Shown here: piece after piece, positions 24,685 to 33,225 of the stretch
How positions within the stretch are numbered: the stretch's first letter is position 1
How the letters are laid out: every line of letters begins with the position of its first letter
NCBI GenBank assembly: GCA_039621445.1
Contig: CP154954.1
Coordinates: 18,586,642 to 18,650,641 of the forward strand
Source of the DNA: Euglena gracilis
Lineage: Eukaryota
Direction of reading: 5' to 3'
Length of the DNA stretch: 64,000 nt
Translations under genes and position numbers: made by a program
Notes under the pieces: generated by a model
What the model saw: only the letters and a program-made list of their open reading frames with translations
What the model was told of the DNA's origin: nothing
Database searches by the model: none

Positions 24685-26498
24685 ATGAAGCGTTTTGCCA
24701 ACATGATGGAAGCACAGATGCCCCGCCCCCCCAACGTAGATGAGTTTTTGGCTGTTTTACGTGGTGCCGGCTCCCTAGGAGCTGCTGCAGTGGTCAAAAT
24801 TGTGACCTGGGCCCCAAGAACCATGCCGCAGTAAAGTGTTTTTTGGAGTATATAGATGTTTGCAACCGGCATGGCGTTGTTTTTGGCTCTTTGGACGAAG
24901 TTTTGGTGGGATGGGCCAGATGGTGTGTTGATGCTCGTGAACTTTTCAAGACGCAGCAGGAAGCCGATGCCTGGGTCCAGACAAGGCAGGAGAAGGTAGG
25001 AAAAGATGGGCGCCTTCGCTCCATGCCAGTGTCCAGCTTTCGGACCTATGGAGGCCAGGCGCGCCGCTCGGGGGGGTCTCCCCCCCCCTGCGCGGCCCTT
25101 GCGCGGCCGCTCGCCCCCCCTGGACCCCCCCCTCCCCCCACTGTGCCTAGCATAGCCAAGAAAAAAAAATTTGTGAAAAAATCGCGACTTTTTTGAGGCC
25201 CAAAAATGACCAAAAATGACCATTTTCGGACATAAAATGCGGCCGGCCGCAGCCCAACCAAAAAAAATTTTGGTTGGGCCGCGGCCGCCGCGGCCCAACC
25301 AATTTAACATTTTGAAAGCCAAAATTCGCCATGGTTGGGCCGCGGCATTCCGCGGCCCAACTAAAACTCTGTTTTGGTTGGGCGACGGCCGGCCGCGGCA
25401 AATTTGGGGGCCGCACGCTCTGCGTGCGGCCAAAAAAGCACTTTCTTGGTCGAAAATGCCAAAAAATGGCAAAAAAAATGACCACTTTTTGGACCCGAAA
25501 ATCATCGATTTTAGGATGTGCGCCGCCCGCGCAAAAGCCGTCGGAACCCCCCCACCCCGCGCGGCCGCCCGCGCGGCCGCCTGCCCCCCCGCCCCCCCCC
25601 CCCTGCTGTGCCTAGCCTCCTATGGAAATGCTATAAGCAACATTTACAAGGCATTGGCTCCCGTTTATGCCATCATTGTACCATCGTCTGTGTCCCAGTT
25701 CCCGCAGTTCAATGCGTTGATGAAGCCACTCGTCACGCACGAAAGGGCCAAAAAAGCAATGGAGGCCAAGGGTGGGTTGACAAACACAGTTTTGCAGGCG
25801 GACGAGTTGCTCACAGTTTTGAAGGCTGCCGAAGGTTACACACCATTTTTGGTCCAAAGGAGGAATGTCCTTTTATTGGGGTACACCACCGGATACCGAG
25901 GGGAGGTTCTTCGTCGGTTGGTGGTCGAAAGTTTCAAGCCGCAAATTATGGACGGGCGAAAATTGTACAACATCGTCGTGGGCACAATGAAAAACTTGCC
26001 CGGAGACCTCAATCACGTCGATCACCAACTTTTCTCTTTGCTGATCACGTCTGGCGATGACCCGCGTACGTGCCCCGTTCAGGCAATCGACAGACAGGTG
26101 GCCATGTTGGAAGCGCACGGTGCTCCTCTGCCAGAAGGTGCACCAAATTTTTTGTTCTGTTCCGTGCGCAGTCTGAACGCCTGGACCCTGCCGCCAACCC
26201 CAATTTCGGGTGAATATTCTTGCGGCATCGGAAAGTGGGTGTCCAGGGTTTTGGCCAGACCGGTGTCCTTCAAGGACTTGTCCCGAAGAAGTGCCATGTC
26301 ACGGCTGGTAAACAGTGGGGACTCTCAATTTCTGAGTGCGCCAAAAATTTCCATGTTACCCCGGCCACAATTTCTGTCTACCACCGCTCAAGACTGGCTG
26401 CGCCCATGAAGGTCGCAAAGGTGCTCAGTGGGGTGAAGTCGGAGGGCTCTGTGCGACCAAATTGTTGGCAGCACGGACTCTGTCACCCGGGACAATGA
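24685..26498 (+). pseudogene. Tyrosine recombinase, disrupted
   Basis: Motifs LLLGYTTGYRGE (Arg), TMKN (Lys), CPVQAI, FLF, DLSRRSAMS and FHVTPATISVY (His, with Tyr 9 residues later). ATG 24685 follows a pyrimidine tract and AG. Stop/frameshift near 24833, MITE at 25050-25620, frameshift near 26320. Confidence 0.85.
25050..25620. mobile_element. MITE inserted in the recombinase gene, 3-bp TSD TAT
   Basis: TIR GGAGGCCAGGCGC / GTGCCTAGCCTCC. Removing it with one TAT restores SFRTYGNAISNIYK. Related copy at about 28517-28962. Confidence 0.9.
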
Positions 26499-26730
26499 TG
26501 TTGTTTCTATTCCACCGCATCTGGCGGTGGGCAGCCGGCGTACGGCCAAGGGCAAGGAGCGCGTGAAGCGTCCAGGGCTGACGTTTTTTTGGTTTTAAAA
26601 CAAAGCAAAAAAACTTTATGAATAAAAAACGGTTTAAAAACGGTTTTTTGTTCCAAAAAAGAGTGTTTTTATTTAAATAAAACATTGCAAATAGGAAAAA
26701 AACTTGTTTAAAAACACTTGTTTTAAAACA

Positions 26731-27388
26731 ATGCCTCAGCCCTGGAAGCGTCCTCGGACCCCGACGCCGCCGCCGTCCCCAAGCTTGCTGGAATCTCCTG
26801 ATTGGTACACCGGTTTCCCTCGAAAAGTTAATTTTCTGTTCTTTTTCTCAGTCTGCGTCCGGCACCACTGCCGATTGACGTGGATTCCGAGGAAGAGGAT
26901 CTCGACTTGTCCGAGGTGCTCACCCAACCGTCCGAAAAGGAGTGGCTCACGCCGGAGCAGCGCCGCGCTGCCGAGGCACAGGTTACAGAAATGCTTAAAA
27001 TTTTGTGTTGGTTCTTACATTTCTCCAGATCGTTAATCCGCCTCTAAAGCGGAAGCTGAAGTTGGAGGACATGGGTGCGGCCGACGACTGCACCAGCTCC
27101 TGCAGGAATGCGGCGAGGTGGTCGGCGTACCTGAACTGGCACGCAGACCCGGCGCCGGAAGGCGCCACCGTTATCCAAATTCTGTCTGCTGTCCCTTCCG
27201 TGTTCCCACCCGCACCCCCATCTTCTATTCCTTTGTGTCGGCTGTTTGGTGTGCGTGCTTTTAGTGACACGGATGTGGCTGCAGCCAAAAGTGTTCGTTG
27301 TTCCGTTTGTGGCGAGACGTATCATTTTGTGTGTGCTGAGTTGCGTCGCGCGCCGAAAAAAGCGTGGATTTGTCAGGGTTGTCGTTGA
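26731..27388 (+). CDS. 187-aa protein with C-terminal PHD finger (exons 26731-26804, 26852-26981, 27029-27388)
   Basis: Two 47-nt GT-AG introns give one continuous frame. CxxC..CSVC..HFVC..WICQGC; the first Cys pair is intact (CPRC) in copy 2 and mutated (CRLF) here. Confidence 0.85.
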
Positions 27389-27633
27389 GTTATCCGTCCT
27401 GTTGTTCCTCTGACCATGCCGAAAGGCATCGCGAGCATGTGCCTCGCACCGAAATTTAGTTTGCCGCGTGTCAATTCCCTATGCCACCTCTTGCATTCCT
27501 GCCCTTTCCTGCCCATTCACATCCTCTTCCCTACTGCGTAAATGTTTTTCCTTTTTTATGTAAAACTCCGTCCACGGCTGCCGTCTGTGCACCCGTGAAC
27601 CGACCACGGGTGCGCATATGTGAAAACGGGGTC

Positions 27634-27667
27634 CGTTCACGGGTGTCGTAGTGCGCACCCGTGAACG
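27634..27667 (+). other. Second candidate 13-8-13 recombination site, direct repeat of 24511-24544
   Basis: CGTTCACGGGTGT cgtagtgc GCACCCGTGAACG; 33/34 identical, same spacer orientation. Confidence 0.7.
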
Positions 27668-27768
27668 CACCCCGTTTCCTCACGTGGGGAAGCCCGTGAA
27701 CGGTTAACGGTTTTAAAAAAAACAAAAAAAACACCAGCTATGGTAGGAGGTGAGAAAGCCTATACCTA

Positions 27769-27987
27769 CCACCCCCCCCCATAATTGACACCCCCCCATA
27801 ATTGACACCCCCCCCCCGACCGAAAATTTTTTCAGCCGCTCGCGTCCACGGACCAAGGGGTTTGTCAGGAGTCCCTTGTATTTTGCCTTGTCCGTTCGGA
27901 CCCCCCCCCATAATTGACACCCCCCCATAATTGACACTACCTGGGGGGTTTGGAGGGTGTCGGGGGTGTCAATTATGGGGGGGGGGG
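27769..27987. mobile_element. TA-flanked MITE (Tc1/mariner-like)
   Basis: CCCCCCCCCATAATTGACACCCCC / GGGGGTGTCAATTATGGGGGGGGG with TA on both sides. Confidence 0.7.
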
Positions 27988-28066
27988 TATACCTATACCT
28001 ATACCTATACCTATACCTATACCTATACCTATACCTGTACCTGTACCTGTACCTGTACCTATACCT
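27988..28066. repeat. (TATACC/TGTACC)n hexamer microsatellite
   Basis: Read directly. Confidence 0.95.
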
Positions 28067-29448
28067 TCCAATATCCCTATATCCCTATATCCAGCCCTGG
28101 GTGCGCATTTTGGGCTCACACGGGATTTTGTGATTTTGGGTGTTTGGGCCATCCTTGCCTTGCACACAACGTTATTTTGGCCGGGGTCCGGGGGGTGTTG
28201 GGTGGTCGGCCCCCCCAATCGACTTGCGCCCATACCTTGAGATGAGCCGACACAGCTAGAGGTAAGCTCGTGATCGTCGGAATTTGGCAAAATGCAAATC
28301 AGCGAGACATTCAGATTAGTGGTGGGAGATTGGTCCTGGGAGTGTCCTTTGACTGAAGGTTGGGGACGCCGGTTTTGTTGTGAACCTGGCGTCCCAAAAA
28401 CGCCGCTTTAAGACAGGGGTGGTGGACGCCGGTTCTGTCGTGAACCCGGCGTCCAGGGACGCCGGGTTTACGACAAAACCGGCGTCCACCACCCCTTTTC
28501 TGATATAGTGTGCTCCGGAGGCTAGGCGCGCCGCTCGGGGGGTCCGGGACGCCCCCCCCCCCCCCCGCGCGGCCCCTGCGCGGCCGCCCGCGGCCGCTCG
28601 CCGCTCCCCCCCCCCCTGGACCCCCCCTCCCCCCACTGTGCCTAGCATAGTCAAGGGAAAAAATTTTGGTGAAAAATCGCGATTTTTTGAGGCCCAAAAA
28701 TGACCAAAAATGACCAGTTTCGGACACAAAATGGCAAATTTGGGGGCCGCGCGCTCTGCGCGCGGCCAAAAAAGCACTTTTTTGGTCAAAAATGGCAAAA
28801 AAAAAAAAAAAAATGACCACTTTTTGGACCCGAAAATCACCGATTTTAGGATGTGTTCCGCCCGCGCGGCCGCCCTCGGACCCCCTCCCCCCCCCCCCCC
28901 CCCCGCGCGGCCGCCCACGGCCGCTCGCTTCCCCCCTCGCCCCCCCCTTGTGCCTAGACTCCTTCTCCCTCTCGAGAGGACCACAATGTAATTTGTTGAA
29001 TTTTTTTGCAGTGCCTCCCATGAGAGCTCCGAGCAGAGATGTTGCTATTTTTGCGGACGAAATTTTGCATGCTCGCAACACGTCATTCACTTACATGCCG
29101 ACAAGCAACAACAGAGCAGGGTGAGCATCGCATGCCATTGTGGAAACTGCTGAAGTACTGAAGTAAGTAAGTAACGTGCACGACCTGGGGAGGTCCTCAA
29201 TGTGTTTATTCCACGCTTTTGCAGAGTCAAACGGTCGTCATCGGGGTGGTGACAAGGCACTCCAAAAGCCTTCAACCCCAACTAGGCAATGAAGGCTGTC
29301 ACAAGAATTTGATGCCGGGAGTATCTGGCAGTGTTCCAAGTGGTGGAATGGGGGGGGGCAGAAAAAAATGGAAGTTTGTTGTTGAAGTTGCGCTGCCTCC
29401 GGCGTTTTTCACCCAGCCATTTAGGGTACGGCAGGGCGCTCCGGGTGG

Positions 29449-30403
29449 TTGAAACCGTGTCTGGGGGCTCCGGTTTCATGCCCGAACCGGCGTCTGGGAC
29501 GCCGGTTCGGGCGGGAAATTTCTGTGCCGAACCGGCGTCCTGGACGCCGGTTCGGGCGTGAAAACGGCGTCTGGGGGACCCAAAATAAAAAGTGCCAAAA
29601 AGTGTCCCAAAGGGTTTGTAGACAGGTGGCATTCATATTTTAGCAGTTTTTGGGTGGTCTTGGGCCAAAAAATGGGATTTTTTGAGCAACAATTTCCTTT
29701 CGGCCAATTTTGGAGATTTTCTGAAATATAATACCACGCAGCATGGCAGAAATCTAAGGCCATCTGCTGAAAACCCTTGAGAAGAGCTTTCGATCGATGG
29801 GCAACATGGCAGCTGAAAAGTGGAATTTTAGATATGCAAATGGGGTCCGAAAAATGCGGAAAAATGCGATCGCTGATTTTGAGGGCGCTTTGCAATCTGG
29901 CTGAGTTCCGTGGGCACCAAGCGAAAGGTGTTGGCGAGACCTTTCGTTTGATATGCAATATGCAACCTGAGCTGTGGGATTTGACAAATTAGGATGTCAA
30001 ATTTTGGAAGACACGATCGCTGAAAATTAGCGCTGCATGCATTATGGCCGAATCCTGTGGCCATCTGTCGAAAGCCCTTTGAAAGAGCTTTCGATTAATG
30101 GGTAACATGCCTTCATAAGTATGAAATCTGCCATTTTTGACCGGCGGCCCATTTGGGCCAAAATTCCCCAAAACTGCCCCAAACATGGGTATTTTGGGCG
30201 AAATTGGCCGTGATTCCCTAGCCGCCGGTTCGGGCGTGAAACCAGAGCCCCCTAGCCACGGTTTCAAAAACTGTGTCCCAGACGCCGGTTCGGGCGGGAA
30301 ACCTGTGCCTGGGACGCCAATCCCAACCGAACCGAACCCGAACCGGCGTCGTAGGCACAGGTTTCCCGCCCGAACCGGTGTCTGGGACACAGTTCTCGAT
30401 ATA
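29449..30403. mobile_element. About 950-bp non-coding element, TIR plus terminal hairpin, copy A
   Basis: TIR TTGAAACCGTG...CACGGTTTCAA (29449-30267), hairpin 30269-30394, end CTCGATATA. Confidence 0.8.
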
Positions 30404-30786
30404 ATATATTCTGCCGCTTTTTACACTACGGGGGTGGTTTGGGACGAGGGGGAACACCCCCCTACGACTGAAGCGCCGGTGGGATAAAAATGTGCGACCC
30501 TGGCCCTTGTCACGACCTTCCCATGCACACACACCACAAGTTTTTCAAGCCCCCTGTAACCACAAATTGTGTTCTAAACGTTGGAGAGAAGAATTATTTG
30601 CAGGAGCGGCCAAAGAGCAATTCTGGAAAGCAGAATAGCAAGTGCAGGGATTCCCACGTCCGTTCCCGCAGGAATGTGGAAATAGTGTTTGCCGGGGCGT
30701 CAGCAAGTTCTCGGCAACAGGCGGTTGGAATGCAGCGCAGAGTGGGACAAGTTGGTGGACATGACCAGCTTTTTATCTTGCGTGCA

Positions 30787-31269
30787 TAGGGCTGTTTCGA
30801 TTAATCGATTAATCGATTAATCGTTCGTCATCGCCGATTAATCGAATCGTTCGGCCCATGGCGATTAATCGTTCATTGTGGATCTAAACCACAATAGGCA
30901 CAATATTTGTTGAAATCAACAAAAATTTGTGGGGTAGTCAGTCAGATAGCACACTACTTGCCGGTACACCATGAAAACTGTTGTTAAAAGTGGCCAACGA
31001 GTCAGCGAACGTGCCCATGAAACATCGCGCGATTCTGATTAGATACAGCAGTTCCTAATAAGCTTCACTCTGCCATGTCAACAGAGAATGAAACAAAATT
31101 TCGTCAGCGGGCACACAAAGAAATGGTCTATGTTCGATATTGGAATTTCTCAGGCAGATTTCATTATCAAAAATCGGAAGGGACCAATTAATCTTTAATT
31201 GTCCGAGACACCCCGATTAATCGTGATTAATCGTTCGCCAGCCCGAAACGATTAATTGGCACAACCCTA
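30787..31269. mobile_element. hAT-like non-autonomous element with 7-bp TSD
   Basis: TAGGGCTG / CAACCCTA termini, CGATTAAT subterminal repeats, GCGTGCA on both sides. Minus-strand GVPASSVLSD resembles a decayed hAT dimerisation motif. Confidence 0.75.
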
Positions 31270-31754
31270 GCGTGCACCTTCCTCTGACCGGCTGATGCCA
31301 CTGTTGCACTGGTGAAGCGATATGACAGACATGTTGCTCTACGGCGAAGAAAATGTGGTTTGTTTTTGCGTGTTGGCGCAAGGTGTTGCACAAGAGACCC
31401 TTGAAGCAACAGCCTCTGTCCGTATGGAAGTTGGTCAACAGAACACTTGCCGCAGAAGCAATGACAGAGAGCTCAGAAACTTGGAATTTCTGGCTATTTT
31501 TTGTCTCCATCAGTATTGGCAATGGAGGCTGCAGCATCCTCCATCACAGAGGACGAGGTGGTTGTGGTGGAACGTGGGCAGGAAGAAGGAGCGGAACCTG
31601 TTGTGGAGATCACCAGCTTGGGATGTTCGAAGTGCCAACGTACCGGCTTTTTCACAGCCACGTCAGTGCTTCACCTCATCATGGCCACGCAGGGACGGCT
31701 GGCCGACGGCGTGACGGAAGCCGGGTCATTTGTTCATCTGAATGAGGGTAGCAA

Positions 31755-32170
31755 ATGCCTAATTTGGTGTGCCAATTTGGAAATTTGAGAGGCAAATTCC
31801 TAATTTAGTGTGCCAATTCCTAATTTTGAGGACCAAATTCCTAATTTTATGTAAAAATTCCTAATTTTGAGTGGCAAATGCCTCATTTCCGGTGTAAAAA
31901 CACTGACATTTGAGTGGTAATCCCTATTTTGGTGTGCCAATGCTTGATTTTGAGTGGCAAATTCCTAATTGATAAAAAGGTTCCTAATTTTTAGTGGCAA
32001 ATGCCTAATTTGCAGGGGACAATGTCCAAATTTGGGTTGGCAAATGCCTGTTTTTAGGTGAAAAATCCATTTTTCGGGTGGAAAATGCACAATTTTTGGG
32101 TGGCATGAGTGGAAATGCATATCTTGGGGTGAAAATTGCTCAGTTTCAGCGGCTAATGCCTAAAGCAACA
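31755..32170. repeat. Degenerate ~21-bp tandem repeat (AAATTCCTAATTTTGAGTGGC-like)
   Basis: Recurring TTCCTAATTT/GCCTAATTT cores; a related stretch lies at about 13960-14085. Confidence 0.7.
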
Positions 32171-32273
32171 TGCTTCATGTTGAGTTCAGGTGCCAAATCT
32201 TAATTTCGGATGTTCATTTTGAATTAATTTTCAAATTCTACAAGAAGGGCTTCCTTGGGCAATTTTTTGTCAC

Positions 32274-33225
32274 TTGAAACCGTGCATGGGGGCTCTGGTT
32301 TCATGCCCGAACCGGCGTCTGGGACGCCGGTTCGGGCGGGAAATTTTCTGCCCGAACCGGCGTCCTGGACGCCGGTTCGGGCATGAAACCGGCGTCTGGG
32401 GGACCCAAAATAAAAAGTGCCAAAAAGTGTCCAAAAGGGTTTGTAGACAGGTGGCAATCATATTTGAGCAGTTTTTGGGTGGTCTTGGGCCAAAAATTGG
32501 GGGTTTTTGAGGAAAAGTTTACTTTTAGCCAATTTTGGAGAATTTCTGAAGTAGAATACCACGCAGCATGGCAGAAATCTAAGGCCATCTGCTGAAAGCC
32601 CTTGAGAAGAGCTTTCGATCGATGGGCAACATGGCAGCTGAAAAGTGCAATTTCAGATATGCAAATGGGGTCAAAAAAAACCGGAAAAATGCGATCGCTG
32701 ATTTTCAGAGCGCTTTCCACACTGGCTGAGTTCTGTGGGTACCAAGCGAAAGGTGTTGGCGAGACCTTTCGTTTGATATGCAATATGCAACCTGAGCTGT
32801 GGGATTTGACAAATTAGGATGTCAAATTTTGGAAGACACGATCGCTGAAAATTAGCGCTGCATGCATTATGGCCGAATCCTGTGGCCATCTGTCGAAAGC
32901 CCTTTAAAAGAGCTTTCGATTAATGGGTAACATGCCTTCATAAGTGTGGAATCTGCCATTTTTGACCGGCGGCCCATTTGGGCCAAAGTCGCCCAAAACA
33001 GCCCCAAACATGGGTGTTTTGGGCGAAATTGGCCGTGATTCCCTAGCCGCCGGTTCGGTCGTGAGTCCAGAGCCCCCAATACACGGTTTCAACAGCTGTG
33101 TCCCAACCGCCGGTTCGGGCGGGAAACCTGTGCCTGGGACGCCGGTTCGGGCTACCGCCCGAACCGGCGTCCCATGCACAGGTTTTCCCGCCCGAACCGG
33201 CGTTTGGGACACAGTTCTCGATATA
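32274..33225. mobile_element. About 950-bp non-coding element, TIR plus terminal hairpin, copy B
   Basis: Collinear direct copy of 29449-30403 with the same termini. Confidence 0.8.

Larger units (their letters stand above)
24300..27716 (+). mobile_element. Tyrosine-recombinase + PHD-finger element with TIRs, lox-like sites and external hairpin
   Basis: TIR TTAAAACCGTTAACC(AA)GTTCACGGGCTTCC at 24400-24430 vs its reverse complement at 27688-27716. Two genes inside; no reverse transcriptase or DDE ORF seen. Confidence 0.85.
20753..28099. mobile_element. CAGGGCTGGA-TIR element expanded by nested insertions, including the recombinase element
   Basis: CAGGGCTGGA / TCCAGCCCTG; flanks ggtgcac / ggtgcgc; TATACC repeats near both ends. 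Confidence 0.6.

Noticed and set aside
24471-25505. 344-aa minus-strand ORF
   Set aside because: Antisense shadow of the recombinase 5' part plus MITE sequence; no recognisable motifs.
25050-25620. MITE removed as a nonconventional intron, rescuing the recombinase
   Set aside because: Applying the 3+5 rule leaves 7 extra nt (a frameshift), and two other lesions remain.
25216-26409. 397-aa ORF as an intact protein
   Set aside because: Its first ~135 aa are MITE read-through, and the catalytic His/Tyr lie in another frame.
30560-31745. Coding-like sequence interrupted by the hAT-like element
   Set aside because: No convincing long frame or family motif could be recovered by eye.
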